Source: Frankiales bacterium (lineage in GTDB: Bacteria; Actinomycetota; Actinomycetes; Mycobacteriales; SCTD01). Taken from it: 64,000 nucleotides of DNA. The notes beneath the pieces are model-generated. The model had not been told where the DNA came from. It did no database searches and saw only the letters and a program-made list of their open reading frames with translations. Where the stretch lies: contig JAODND010000045.1 of the NCBI GenBank assembly GCA_025465465.1, positions 14,098-78,097 of the forward strand. Reading direction: 5' to 3'. The position numbers and the translations under genes are program-made. This document shows positions 9,793-19,987 of the stretch, in pieces (position 1 is the first letter of the stretch; every line of letters starts with the position of its first letter).

Positions 9793-10463
9793 GCGCGCAG
9801 CCCCGTACGGTCTTTTCCGTGGAACCGCTGCTGGAGATCTATCGCGCCGCTCAGGCCGCCCGAGGCCGACGGCCGTCAGCCGAACGGCTCGCGCGGGTCC
9901 GCGAGAAGCTCGACGAGGGCCTGGTGGTCGTCGACGACGAGCTCCGCGGCTTCGCCCTGGGCGAGCCCGGCCGCGAGGACGACGGCTCCGGAGAGCCTGT
10001 TGCGGGGCTGCTGCACCTCAGCATGGTCTTCGTCCACCCCGACGCACAGCGCCACGGCCTCGGTCTCCAGCTGGTCGAGGCGCTTGCCGACGAGGCCTGG
10101 GACCTCGGTTATCGACGAGTCTCGGTGTGGTCCGCCACTCCCGAGTTCTATGAGGCCTGCGGCCTCGAGCGCACCGGTCGGACCCAACAGGTCCAGGCGG
10201 GTACGGCGTTCCAGCTGGTCGCTGACCTGGAGGCACCGCTGCGCGAGGTCGTGGTGAACGATGACGCGATCCGGCTCGGTCAGCTCCTCAAGCTGGCAGA
10301 GCTGGTCGAGACCGGCTCGGAGGCCAAGGAGCTGCTAGCCACCGGCGCCGTCGAGGTCAACGGCGAGCAGGAGGTACGGCGAGGCCGGCAGCTGCAGGAC
10401 GGGGACGAGGTGCGGGTCGCCGACCGGGCGGTGCTGGTCCGGCTCAGCCCGTCCGACGCCTGA
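9789..10463 (+). CDS. GNAT acetyltransferase fused to a C-terminal S4 (YaaA/YbcJ-like) RNA-binding domain
   Basis: VFVHPDAQRHGLG acetyl-CoA motif A; C-terminal IRLGQLLKLAELVETGSEAKELLATGAVEVNGEQEVRRGRQLQDGDEV; single open frame; start 9789 or 9819. Confidence 0.85.
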   Translation: MSAQPRTVFSVEPLLEIYRAAQAARGRRPSAERLARVREKLDEGLVVVDDELRGFALGEPGREDDGSGEPVAGLLHLSMVFVHPDAQRHGLGLQLVEALADEAWDLGYRRVSVWSATPEFYEACGLERTGRTQQVQAGTAFQLVADLEAPLREVVVNDDAIRLGQLLKLAELVETGSEAKELLATGAVEVNGEQEVRRGRQLQDGDEVRVADRAVLVRLSPSDA

Positions 10464-13400
10464 CCGCGAAGCCGGTGCCGAGCAGCAGGAGCGCGAGGAC
10501 GACCAGTCCGGTCGGCAGACCGGTCGCGGCCAGGTTGCCACCGTTGCCCTTGCCGCCGGCCTTGGTCGGCGGGCGGCCGCTGGTCGCGCCACCGAGGACG
10601 CTGCCGGCCTTGAGCTTGATGACATAGGCACCTCGCCCGTAGGACGCGGCCAGCAGCTCGTCGCGGCTGCGGGGCGTGATCTGCAGGTGCACGACGGGCG
10701 CCTTCGGCAGGCCCTTGCCGACGACGTAGTAGGTCGCCGTGCTGCTCGTGGCCTTGGCGACGTTGGCCAGGGAGTAGACGCCGAGGTCGTTGGCGACGAT
10801 CAGGTCGCCGTCGTGCAGCACGGCGAAGTTCGCGGCCAGGTCCGGAAGGTTTCCGGAGATGTCGGTGAAGTGCTCGCCCGCGTCATGGCTGACGAACACG
10901 TGCCCCTCGCCGACCTTGCTGACGTCGTCACCGAGCGATCCCGGCGGGATCCACCGACGGCCATAACCGCCGAGCGTGACGTAGACCGTGCGGTTGTTCT
11001 TCGGGTCGATCGTGACGCTGTTGACGATGCGCTGCGGCAGGCCGATGGCAGACGCCTTGTGCCAGCCGTTGCTCGTCATCCGCTTCGGGTCCTTGCTGCC
11101 CCCGACGTTGGTGGCGATCCCGGAGTGGAAGGGAAGGCCCTGCGTGACGATGTCGCAGGAACCGCAGAAGCCGGCGTAGACCGCGTCGTCACGCACGTCG
11201 ACCGCACTGGCGGTGTTGGTGAAGCCGTTGGTGGCGCCGAGGTCGTAGACCAGCTTCCAGTCGGTCGATGCGGAGAACACCGGCGCACCGGGACCGCAGG
11301 TCAGCTGGGTGTCGGTGCCGGTGAGCCCGAGGAAGGCGGCAGTCGTGGTGCCGGGGCCATAGACCGTCTCCGCGATCTGGCTGCCCCCTGCGATGAGGTG
11401 CTTCGCGTTCAGGGGGTCCATGAGGAACGGCGCCGAGAACTGCGCCTCGGTGTAGCAGGGCTGGATGTCGGTCCAGCTCTTGCCGCCATCGGTCGTGACG
11501 CTGATGTCACCACCGGTGTACTCCTCGTACGCCACCTTGGAGTTGTCCGGGTCGACCGCCGAGAAGAAGCCGTCGCCGCCCATGCTCATGATCTGCTTGC
11601 CCTCAGGGGTGATCTTGAGCTCGCCGTTGTCCTGCAGGCCGCCGTAGACGGTGCCGTCGCTGCTCATCTCGGCGTCGTAGGGCAGCAGGGTGTGCAGCCC
11701 GTGGTTGATGCCGTCGGCCCAGTGGTCGTTGTCGTAGGGCGTGCTGGAGCCCTGCGCCTGCTGCTTCTGCAGGAACGCGCCGCCGTCGTTGCCGACGACG
11801 AGAGTCGCGTTCTTGCCGTCAGGCACGTACATCACCGCGTGCTGGTCCGGGTGGACCGTCGAGCCCTGCGGCGAGGTGGGACTCGTCGTCGGGCAGAAGC
11901 CCATCAGCTCCGGCAGGTTGAGCGCCGCACACGAGCTGCCCGAGAAGTAGCGGCCGAAGACACCGAAGTTCGACGTGTTCGGGACCGTCGGGATCGCGGC
12001 GCTGCCGCCCCAGACCTCCTCGAGCCCGAACGACAGGAACATCGGCGAGCCGTCCTCGTTGGTCTCGCTCGAGGCCGGGCTGGGCTGGACCCACTCGTTG
12101 TACCAGGCCTGCACGCCCGCGCAGTAGCCGAGCACGCACTCGGTGCCGCCGAGCGCGGACTGGTGCGTCGGCGCGTCCATCTGGTCGGCGTTGGCCATCA
12201 GGGTCCAGTGCTGACCGAAGTCGCTGGAACCGTAGAGGCCGTTGAGCACCGTGGGGTTGAGCGTGTTGTTGATCGGGGTGCCGGTCGGCGGCAGCGCCGG
12301 GGTGTCACCGATCTGGGTCTGCTTGTTGAAGCGGCTCGGGTCCTCGACCAGGGCGTAGACGTAGTCGTGGTTCTGCGAGGGGCCGTAGGCGATGCCGAGG
12401 GCGGTGCGACCGGCCCGGGCGACGGACGGGAAGCCGGTCGCCGCCGGGTCCAGGAAGGTGAAGGTGCCAGGTGCGCCGTTGGCCGAGACGTAGATGCCGT
12501 CCCGCGGGGCCTGCGGGGTGCCCGCGGCGTTGAGCTTGTTGCCGGCGCGCCAGCCGACGGCGGCCAGCACCTGCCCACCGGACCTGTTGGGCCCGGAACC
12601 GCCGAAGGGGCGGACCACGACGTCGCTGACGATGTTGGCGAAGAAGCAGGTCGGCTTGGTGAGCGACGTGCAGGTGGTGGGGAGCACGACGTTGCGGTAG
12701 CTGTGGCCGGCGTCGGTGGAGCGCCACAGGCCCTTGCCGGTCGCCTGGTAGACGATGCCGGTGTGGATCGGGTCCACCGCGATCCGGAAGGTGATGGTGC
12801 CGTTCGGTACGCCCGTGGCGTGATGCCACGTGGTGCCGTGGTCGCTGGACCAGAAGGCGCCGAGGCCGGCGTAGGAGTCGCCGCCGAAGGCCGGGTCGCC
12901 GCTGCCCACGACCAGGGTGCCGCCCTTGGCGACCGCGATGCTGCCGATGATCTGGCTGGGCAGGCCCTCGCCGATCGAGGACCAGCTGCTGCCGGAGTTG
13001 GTGCTGCGGAACAGCCCGCCGTTGGCCACCGCGGCATACCAGACCTTGAGGTTGGCCGGGTCGTAGGCGAAGCCCTGGATGCGTCCGGAGAGGTTGTGGA
13101 GTCCGGTGCCGTTGGTGCGCGTGTATCCCGCGACGTCGGAGTAGAGGGCATCGGTGCCGAGCGGCTGCCACGTGCTGCCGCCGTAGGCCTTCGAGGCGGA
13201 CAGCGAGGCTGTCTGGGACACCGCGCTGGCGAAGGCCTCGCCGGTCACGGGGTAGGTGCCCTGGTGCTTGACCTGCAGCGCGTGGCTGATGGTCAGCTGG
13301 TCGTTCGCGCTCTCCGACTCGGTGGCTGGGACACACCGGATCGTGACGCCGGCGCCGGCGAACTGGCCCAGCTTGTCGAGGTGCTGGCCGGTCGGGCAGG

Positions 13401-13518
13401 CGCTGCGCGGCGTGGGGACCGCAGCGACCGTCCCGGTCGGCGCGGGGGCCAGCGCAGCCCCGAGCAGCGCAAGAGCAGCAGCGCCGCCGAACAGCGAGCG
13501 AACGAGCTTGTGCGACAC
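10444..13518 (-). CDS. Large secreted Asp-box (BNR) beta-propeller protein with LAXTG-type cell-wall sorting signal
   Basis: Signal peptide; Asp boxes STNSGSSW, SSDHGTTW, STDAGHSY, SSDFGQHW, TTDGGKSW, SHDAGEHF; C-terminal LAATG + hydrophobic helix + RRR. Confidence 0.85.
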   Translation of the reverse strand: MSHKLVRSLFGGAAALALLGAALAPAPTGTVAAVPTPRSACPTGQHLDKLGQFAGAGVTIRCVPATESESANDQLTISHALQVKHQGTYPVTGEAFASAVSQTASLSASKAYGGSTWQPLGTDALYSDVAGYTRTNGTGLHNLSGRIQGFAYDPANLKVWYAAVANGGLFRSTNSGSSWSSIGEGLPSQIIGSIAVAKGGTLVVGSGDPAFGGDSYAGLGAFWSSDHGTTWHHATGVPNGTITFRIAVDPIHTGIVYQATGKGLWRSTDAGHSYRNVVLPTTCTSLTKPTCFFANIVSDVVVRPFGGSGPNRSGGQVLAAVGWRAGNKLNAAGTPQAPRDGIYVSANGAPGTFTFLDPAATGFPSVARAGRTALGIAYGPSQNHDYVYALVEDPSRFNKQTQIGDTPALPPTGTPINNTLNPTVLNGLYGSSDFGQHWTLMANADQMDAPTHQSALGGTECVLGYCAGVQAWYNEWVQPSPASSETNEDGSPMFLSFGLEEVWGGSAAIPTVPNTSNFGVFGRYFSGSSCAALNLPELMGFCPTTSPTSPQGSTVHPDQHAVMYVPDGKNATLVVGNDGGAFLQKQQAQGSSTPYDNDHWADGINHGLHTLLPYDAEMSSDGTVYGGLQDNGELKITPEGKQIMSMGGDGFFSAVDPDNSKVAYEEYTGGDISVTTDGGKSWTDIQPCYTEAQFSAPFLMDPLNAKHLIAGGSQIAETVYGPGTTTAAFLGLTGTDTQLTCGPGAPVFSASTDWKLVYDLGATNGFTNTASAVDVRDDAVYAGFCGSCDIVTQGLPFHSGIATNVGGSKDPKRMTSNGWHKASAIGLPQRIVNSVTIDPKNNRTVYVTLGGYGRRWIPPGSLGDDVSKVGEGHVFVSHDAGEHFTDISGNLPDLAANFAVLHDGDLIVANDLGVYSLANVAKATSSTATYYVVGKGLPKAPVVHLQITPRSRDELLAASYGRGAYVIKLKAGSVLGGATSGRPPTKAGGKGNGGNLAATGLPTGLVVLALLLLGTGFAVRRRTG

Positions 13519-13579
13519 GGTCAGGACCCCCTCAGGAAGGGCACAGGGTACGACGGTTCCGGTCGCGTCCCCACCCTTG

Positions 13580-16500
13580 TCACAGAAGCGTCAGATCCTC
13601 CGCCTCGGGTCGTCCGGTGAGCAGCTTCTCCAGCTCCGCCTCGCCCGGCAGGTCCTCGTGGAGGTCCTCCTTGCCGGTGCGGACGTAGAGGAACAGCCCG
13701 CTCACGCACTCGGGCGCGACACCGACCAGCCGGGCCCACGCCAGTCGGTAGACGGCGAGCTGCACCGGGTCAGCGCTCTCCCGCCCGGTCTTCCAGTCGA
13801 CGACCTGCCAGCGCCCGTCGCCGAGGTCGTAGACGGCGTCGATGCGCCCCCGGACGACGCGGCCCGCCAGCGGGAGCGAGAACGGCGCCTCGACCGCATA
13901 CGGCTTGCGCCCGGACCAGGGCCCGGCCTGGAACGCCTCCTGCAGCGCCTGCAGGTCCTCGTCGGTCCCGAGCTCGTCGTCTTCGGCGCCGGGCAGCTCG
14001 TCCGGGTCGAGCAGCGGCCGCTCCTCGAACAGCGTCTCCACCCAGGCGTGGAAGCGGGTGCCGCGGCGGGCAGCCGGAGCCGGCGGGCGCGGCATCGGCC
14101 GCGCCAGCTCACGGGCGAACGCCTCGGGGTCCTGGTGCAGCCGCATCAGGCCAGACGCGGACAGCGAGGAGGGGAGCCGCACGGTGCGTAGGGCGCCGCG
14201 GGCCTCGCGCTCCTCGTCGAGCAGCAGCTTGGCCTCCTTGTCGAGCCGGTCGAGCTCCTCGCGCTCCCAGGCCGTGAGTCCGAGGTCGTCGTCGAGCGGC
14301 ACGCCGGCGGCCAGCGACTGGAGGTCGGCCCTGACCTGTCCGGCCGCGGAGCGCCGGCGTCGCAACGCGTCGGGCTCGTAGGGCGCGGGCCAGACGAAGG
14401 TCGGCCGCTCTGCCAGGGCGGGGTTGCCGTCGTCGTCGGACGGCGGTGCAGCCCAGCCGTCGACGAGGCCGTGCCCTGCCTCGGCGTGCGTCTTCAGCGA
14501 CTCGAGGAACGGGGAGGGGCCGCGCCGCTTCTTCTGGGTCGGGCCCCACCAGTGCCCGCTGCCGACGAGCACGTGCCGGGCCCGGGTGAACGCGACGTAG
14601 CCGAGCCGGCGCTCCTCCCGCTCCAGGTGCTCGCGGCAGGTCGACTCGTAGTCGGCCAGCGCCTCCTTCGTCAGCTGCTCGTCGAGCACCGGCAGGTCGT
14701 GGGCGTCGCCTCGCAGCGGGGCGGGCAGCACGCTCGCGGTGGTCGGCCAGCGTCCCTTGAGCACGTCCGCCGGGAACACCCCCTTGGTGAGGTCGGGGCA
14801 CACCACGACGTCCCACTCGAGGCCCTTGGACTTGTGCGCCGTCATCAGCTGCACCGCGTCGCTGCCGCTCGGAGCGATCGTGTCGAGACCGCGCTCGTGC
14901 TCGTCGGCGGCCCGGAGGAAGGCGAGGAACGACGTCAGGGACGTCTCGCCGTCGAGGTCGGCGAAGCCCGCCACCACGTCGAGGAACGACGACAGCGACT
15001 CCTTGCGCCGGGCCGCAACCGCGTCGGGCGAGGCGGCCAGCTCGACATCGAGGCCACTGGCCTCGACCACCCGGTGGACGAGGTCCAGGAGCGGCTCGCC
15101 ACGGTGCCGGCGCAACGACCGCAGCTCGGCCCCGAGTGCCGTCACGCGATGCACGCCGTCGAGCGACCACCCCTTGTGCCCGGGGCGGTCGAGGACGTCG
15201 GCCAGCGACACCACGTCGCAGGGGTCGATGCCGGCCACGGCCTCCTCGAGTGCCGTGTCGTCGACGTCGAGGTCGGTCTCGTCGATCTCGGGGGGGTCCT
15301 GCTCGTCGAGCCGCGGGTCGAGCACGCCGCTGCGCAGCAGCTCCTTGCCGCGACGCCCGAGCTGCGCCAGGTCGCGCACCCCGAGCCGCCAGCGCGGACC
15401 GGTCAGCAGCCGGAGGAGCGCGGCGTTGGCGGTCGGCTCCTCGATGATCTCGAGTGTCGCGACGACGTCGGCGACCTCCGGCAGCTGCAGCAGACCTCCG
15501 AGCCCGACGACCTCGACCGGGATGCCCCGCGCAACGAGCGTCGCGTGCAGGTCGCCGAAGTCACGACGCGCACGGACCAGCACCGCGATCTCCCGCCACG
15601 GTGTCCCGGCCGCGCTCGCGGCGCCGACCTGGTCCGCGACCCACGCCAGCTCGTCGCTCCACGACTCCCGCAGCGAGACCCGCGTGTCGCCGAGTGCCGC
15701 CTTGGCCTCCGGTGCCCGCAGCTCCACGACCCGGTGCTTTGCCCGCAGCGCCTCGGCGACCTGGTTGGCGAGCTGGAGCAACCTGCCGCCGGAGCGCTGG
15801 TTGACCGAGAGGCTGTAGACACCGGCCGGCTCGCCGGACGCCGACGGGAAGTGCCCGGGGAAGCCGTCGAGGTTGGAGACGGACGCCCCGCGCCAGCCGT
15901 AGATCGCCTGACAGGGGTCGCCGACCGCCGTGACCGCATGTCCGCCACCGAAGAGCCCGGCAAGCATGCGGCGCTGCGCCACCGAGGTGTCCTGGTACTC
16001 GTCGAGCAGGACGACCTTTGCCGTCGCCCGCTCGAGGGCCCCCACCTCGGGGATCTCCTCCGCGAGCCGTGCACCGAGCGACACCTGGTCGCCGAAGTCG
16101 ACGGCGTCGAGGTCGCGCTTGGCCTCGCGGTAGGCGGCCACGACCTGGGCGAGCTCCTGGCGCTGCTGCGACACACTCAGCCAGCGGGCGAGGGTGTCGG
16201 TGTGGGTCTTGGTGCCCTTGACGCCCTCGAACGACGCGGCCACCGCGGTGAGGCGGTCGGCCCACCCGGCTTCCCAGGCCAGCAGCTCGTCGGGCGTCAC
16301 CAGGTGCTCGGACAGCTCGGAGTCGAGTGACACGACCTCGCCCACCAGCATCGACAGCGGCCTGGTCAGCGCGCGCACCGGACCGCGGTGCCGTCGCAGC
16401 ACCCGGCCCGCGAGCTGGAAGCGCGTTGCGTCGGCGAGCAACCGCGACCGCGGCTCGACCCCGAGGCGCAGTCCGTGCTCGGTGACGAGCCGGCCGGCAA

Positions 16501-16813
16501 AGGCGTGGTAGGTCGACACCACTGGTTCGCCGCGGTCGTCACGGCGTACGGAGATCCCCGCAGCCGCAAGCGATCTGGCGATCTTCGCCGCCAGCTCGGC
16601 CGCGGCCTTGTTGGTGAAGGTGAGGCCCAGGACCTCCTCGGGGGCGACCAGCTCGTTGGTGACGAGCCACACGACTCGCGCGGCCATGACAGTGGTCTTG
16701 CCGGAGCCGGCGCCGGCCACGATGAGCCCGGGCGCGAGCGGGGCCGTGATCGCCGCGAGCTGCTCCTCGTTGAAGGGGAGGTCGAGGACGCGGCACAGCT
16801 CGTCGGTGTTCAC
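13580..16813 (-). CDS. adnB: ATP-dependent helicase-nuclease subunit AdnB (UvrD-like + PD-(D/E)XK)
   Basis: AGAGSGKT, LTFTNKAA, DEYQDT, GDPCQAIYGWRGA, TAHKSKGLEW, GRIDAV..VVDWKTG; GTG at 16813 overlaps the adnA stop. Confidence 0.92.
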   Translation of the reverse strand: MNTDELCRVLDLPFNEEQLAAITAPLAPGLIVAGAGSGKTTVMAARVVWLVTNELVAPEEVLGLTFTNKAAAELAAKIARSLAAAGISVRRDDRGEPVVSTYHAFAGRLVTEHGLRLGVEPRSRLLADATRFQLAGRVLRRHRGPVRALTRPLSMLVGEVVSLDSELSEHLVTPDELLAWEAGWADRLTAVAASFEGVKGTKTHTDTLARWLSVSQQRQELAQVVAAYREAKRDLDAVDFGDQVSLGARLAEEIPEVGALERATAKVVLLDEYQDTSVAQRRMLAGLFGGGHAVTAVGDPCQAIYGWRGASVSNLDGFPGHFPSASGEPAGVYSLSVNQRSGGRLLQLANQVAEALRAKHRVVELRAPEAKAALGDTRVSLRESWSDELAWVADQVGAASAAGTPWREIAVLVRARRDFGDLHATLVARGIPVEVVGLGGLLQLPEVADVVATLEIIEEPTANAALLRLLTGPRWRLGVRDLAQLGRRGKELLRSGVLDPRLDEQDPPEIDETDLDVDDTALEEAVAGIDPCDVVSLADVLDRPGHKGWSLDGVHRVTALGAELRSLRRHRGEPLLDLVHRVVEASGLDVELAASPDAVAARRKESLSSFLDVVAGFADLDGETSLTSFLAFLRAADEHERGLDTIAPSGSDAVQLMTAHKSKGLEWDVVVCPDLTKGVFPADVLKGRWPTTASVLPAPLRGDAHDLPVLDEQLTKEALADYESTCREHLEREERRLGYVAFTRARHVLVGSGHWWGPTQKKRRGPSPFLESLKTHAEAGHGLVDGWAAPPSDDDGNPALAERPTFVWPAPYEPDALRRRRSAAGQVRADLQSLAAGVPLDDDLGLTAWEREELDRLDKEAKLLLDEEREARGALRTVRLPSSLSASGLMRLHQDPEAFARELARPMPRPPAPAARRGTRFHAWVETLFEERPLLDPDELPGAEDDELGTDEDLQALQEAFQAGPWSGRKPYAVEAPFSLPLAGRVVRGRIDAVYDLGDGRWQVVDWKTGRESADPVQLAVYRLAWARLVGVAPECVSGLFLYVRTGKEDLHEDLPGEAELEKLLTGRPEAEDLTLL

Positions 16814-19800
16814 GAGACCACCTGCCTGCCGTCGGGCTGGGCGGGGCAGGCGACTCTGAAGGCGCACCGGTCGCAGCGCTCCTGCGGTGTCGGCGGGAAG
16901 GACTCCCCGAGCACCCGCACGACGGCCTTCTCGATGAGCTGTTCGACCCAGGTCGGACCCGCAGGCAGGGCAGCCTGCTTCGGCACCTTGGGGCCGCCGC
17001 CCTTGTCGTCGAGCCTCAGCATGACCAGCTCGGCACCGCCGGGGACGGCATCCTTCACGTGCTCGTCGAGCGCGCCCTCCCGGACGGCGAGCTGGTAGGT
17101 GCCGAGCTGCGGGTGCTCCTCGACCTCCCGCGCCTTGGGAGGCGTCTTTCCTGTCTTGAGGTCGACGACGTGGACCAGCCCGTCCTCGTCGACCTCCACC
17201 CGGTCCATGAAGCCGCGCAGCTCCACGGTGGTCCCGGCGACCGGCAGGCTGACGGTGAAGGGGACCTCGGTGGCGACCAGCTCGCGACCGCGCTCGGCCG
17301 CGTGCCAGACGAGGAAGCGCCGCAGGCCCTCGCGGGCCTCGTCGTGCTGCTGCGCCGACTGCCATGGCGCGTCGTAGGCGAGCTGCCCCCAGACCTTGTC
17401 GAGCCGCGCCATCAGGACGTCGAGGTCGGGCAGCGTGCTCCCCTTGGCGACCTCGTGCGCCAGCGCGTGCAGCACGCCGCCGAACCCCATCGCCGTGCTC
17501 GTGGGCGACTCGGCGTGCACCTCGTGCTCGAGGAACCACCGCAGCGGACACTCTTCGAGCTTTCCGAGCGACGTGCCCGACAGCCGGACCGGCTCGTCCG
17601 GGCCGAGCAGCGCGGTGTCGGACTCCGTGCTGTCCAGCAGCCCCCACCAGCGGTCCGGTGTGGCAGCCGGGACGAGCAGCCGGCCGCTGTCGTCGGCAGC
17701 CGTCGCGAGCCGCGCGAGCCGGGCGGCCACCGCCCGCTGCATCGCTGGGCTCGACGAGGGATCCACGGCCCGACGCCGCAGCGTCGCGACCAGCGATGGC
17801 AGCGAGAGCGGCCGGGCGACCCGGTCGAGGTGCTGGGTCACGGACAGCCCCGTCTCGGCAAGCAGCCGGGAGGGGCGCTCGCCGTCGTCCTCGGGGCTGT
17901 CGACGGCCGTCACGACGAGCCGTCGACGCGCGCGGGTGCAGGCGACGTAGAACAGCCGGCGCTCGTCGGCCAGCAGCTGGGCCCTGTCGAGCGGCTCGCG
18001 CAGGCCGTGCCGGTCGAGCCGTTCGGACTCGAGCAGCGTCGACCGCCGTCGCAGGTCGGGCCACACGCCTTCCTGGACGCCACAGACCACGACGACGTCC
18101 CACTCGAGCCCCTTGCTGCGGTGCGCGGTGAGCAGGCGCACGGCGTCACCGCGTACGCCCGACTCGGCGAGGGTGTCCCCCGGGATCTGCTGGGCCTCGA
18201 TCTCGTCGAGGATCGCGGTGACGTTGCCGGTGCGGCGCTCCGATGCCCGCGCGACCGTGGCAAACAGCGAGACGACGGCATCGAGGTCACGGTCGGCCGC
18301 GCGGCCGGCGTTGCCGCCGGCGAGCGACGCGGCTTCGAGGCGGTCGGGCCAGGGGCTGCCGTGCCAGAGCTCCCACAGGGCCGCCTCGGGCCCCTCCGGG
18401 AGCTTCGCCCGCGCCGCGGCCAGCAATCCCGCGAGCCGGGCGGCGGGCCGGGCGACCTGGGCGTCGAGGGTGATCAGGTGCCGGGGATCGGCGACCGCCT
18501 CGCGCAGCAGCTCCGCCGACGGAGCCGGCAGTCGTGACGGTGCGTCGGCCTCCCGCTGCCCGATCCGGTCGAGCTCGCGCAGGTCGCGGCCGAGCCGTCG
18601 GAGCGCGCCGGGGTCGGCCCCACCCAGGGGAGACAGCAGCAGCTGCCTGGCCGCCTCGGTGGTGAGCAACGCCTGATCGTGCACGACCCGCAACGCGAGC
18701 AGCAGCGGGGCCACGGCGGGTTCCTGGGCGAGTGGCAGCTCGTCACCCGCGACCTCGAGCGGCACCCCGGCGGCGGTCAGCACGCGGCGCAGCAGCGGCA
18801 CCGATCGCGCACCGGACCTGACCAGGACGGCCATCCGCGACCAGGGCGTGCCGCGCTCGAGGTGCTCGCGCCGCAGCAGGTCGGCGACGGCATCTGCCTC
18901 GGCGCCGACCGACGGGTGCGTGTGCACCTCCGCCGTGCCGGCGACGGCGGTCCCGGAGTCGAGGGCGCGCAGCTCACGGAGGCTGGGCACCAGCGGGATC
19001 GGGTCGGCCAGCCGTCGCGACACCGCGAGCAGCTCGGCGCCGGAGCGACGGCAGGTCCGCAGAGCCAGCACCGGTGCAGCCGTCCCGTCGACCCGCAGAA
19101 AGCGCTCGGGGAACTCGAGCAGCCCGGAGACCTCGGCCCCGCGAAAGGCATAGATGGCCTGGTCGGGGTCGCCCACCACGACGAGGTCGCGGCCCTGGCC
19201 GGCGATCGCCTGCAGCAGCCGCTCCTGCGCCGGATCGGTGTCCTGGTACTCGTCGACGTAGACGGCGCGGTAGCGGCGGCGCAGCTCCTCGGCGACCGCC
19301 GGCTGCTCGGCGAGGAGCACCGCCCGGTGCACGAGCTCGGCGTAGTCGACGGCTCCCTGGGCGTCGAGCACGTCGAGGTACTCACCGAAGAACGACGCCA
19401 TGGCTGCCCAGTCGTCGCGGCCCTCCCGCACCGCCAGTGCCCCGAGATCGGCGGGGTCGAGGCCGACCTCGCGGGCCCGCGACAGCAGCGCCCGCACCTC
19501 CTCGGCGAGCCCGCGGGTGGTCAGCGCGGCGCGCAGCTCCGGCGGCCAGCTGCGGCCGACGTCGAGCGAGCCTCGCAGCAGATCGCGAAGCGCGACGTCC
19601 TGCTCGGGGCCGGACAGCAGGCGCAAGGGGTCGTTCCAGAGGTCGACCGGCTGGTGCTCGCGCACGAGGGCATAGCAGAACGCGTGGAACGTCCACGCCG
19701 ACGGACCAGCGGTCGGCAGGTCGAGCCGGGCGCTGATGCGCTCGCGGAGCTCGGCTGCGGCCTTCCGGCTGAACGTGAGGACGAGCACCTCGTCGGCGCG

Positions 19801-19977
19801 CAGCCCCTGCTTCTCGACCCGCTGCGCGACGGCCTCGACGAGGGTCGTCGTCTTGCCGGTCCCAGGACCGGCGAGGACCAGCAGCGGACCGCCGGGATGA
19901 TCGAGGACGGCCTGCTGCGCCAGATCAGGAGTGAGGCGCCCCGCGCTGGGTGGCCGGGTGCGGTCGAGGCGGTACAT
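16810..19977 (-). CDS. adnA: ATP-dependent helicase-nuclease subunit AdnA
   Basis: AGPGTGKT, DEYQDTD, TAHRSKGLEW, GFMDRV..VVDLKTG, Fe-S staple Cys (CPLRW...CDRCAFRVAC); paired with adnB. Confidence 0.92.
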   Translation of the reverse strand: MYRLDRTRPPSAGRLTPDLAQQAVLDHPGGPLLVLAGPGTGKTTTLVEAVAQRVEKQGLRADEVLVLTFSRKAAAELRERISARLDLPTAGPSAWTFHAFCYALVREHQPVDLWNDPLRLLSGPEQDVALRDLLRGSLDVGRSWPPELRAALTTRGLAEEVRALLSRAREVGLDPADLGALAVREGRDDWAAMASFFGEYLDVLDAQGAVDYAELVHRAVLLAEQPAVAEELRRRYRAVYVDEYQDTDPAQERLLQAIAGQGRDLVVVGDPDQAIYAFRGAEVSGLLEFPERFLRVDGTAAPVLALRTCRRSGAELLAVSRRLADPIPLVPSLRELRALDSGTAVAGTAEVHTHPSVGAEADAVADLLRREHLERGTPWSRMAVLVRSGARSVPLLRRVLTAAGVPLEVAGDELPLAQEPAVAPLLLALRVVHDQALLTTEAARQLLLSPLGGADPGALRRLGRDLRELDRIGQREADAPSRLPAPSAELLREAVADPRHLITLDAQVARPAARLAGLLAAARAKLPEGPEAALWELWHGSPWPDRLEAASLAGGNAGRAADRDLDAVVSLFATVARASERRTGNVTAILDEIEAQQIPGDTLAESGVRGDAVRLLTAHRSKGLEWDVVVVCGVQEGVWPDLRRRSTLLESERLDRHGLREPLDRAQLLADERRLFYVACTRARRRLVVTAVDSPEDDGERPSRLLAETGLSVTQHLDRVARPLSLPSLVATLRRRAVDPSSSPAMQRAVAARLARLATAADDSGRLLVPAATPDRWWGLLDSTESDTALLGPDEPVRLSGTSLGKLEECPLRWFLEHEVHAESPTSTAMGFGGVLHALAHEVAKGSTLPDLDVLMARLDKVWGQLAYDAPWQSAQQHDEAREGLRRFLVWHAAERGRELVATEVPFTVSLPVAGTTVELRGFMDRVEVDEDGLVHVVDLKTGKTPPKAREVEEHPQLGTYQLAVREGALDEHVKDAVPGGAELVMLRLDDKGGGPKVPKQAALPAGPTWVEQLIEKAVVRVLGESFPPTPQERCDRCAFRVACPAQPDGRQVVS

Positions 19978-19987
19978 CGCAGGTCAT

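Noticed and set aside
10687-13620. 977-aa plus-strand ORF (and similar long ORFs such as 46582-48399, 14471-16330, 55213-56949)
   Set aside because: Antisense shadows of real genes, expected in high-GC3 DNA; no recognisable motifs.
16814-18103. N-terminal extension of the 1507-aa ORF suggesting a giant AdnB
   Set aside because: Arg/Ala-rich off-frame read inside adnA; the true start is GTG 16813, overlapping the adnA stop.
16810-19977. AdnA with intact Walker A/B as an unusual dual-motor enzyme
   Set aside because: To my recollection, intact DEYQD motifs also occur in non-mycobacterial AdnA; not evidence of novelty.
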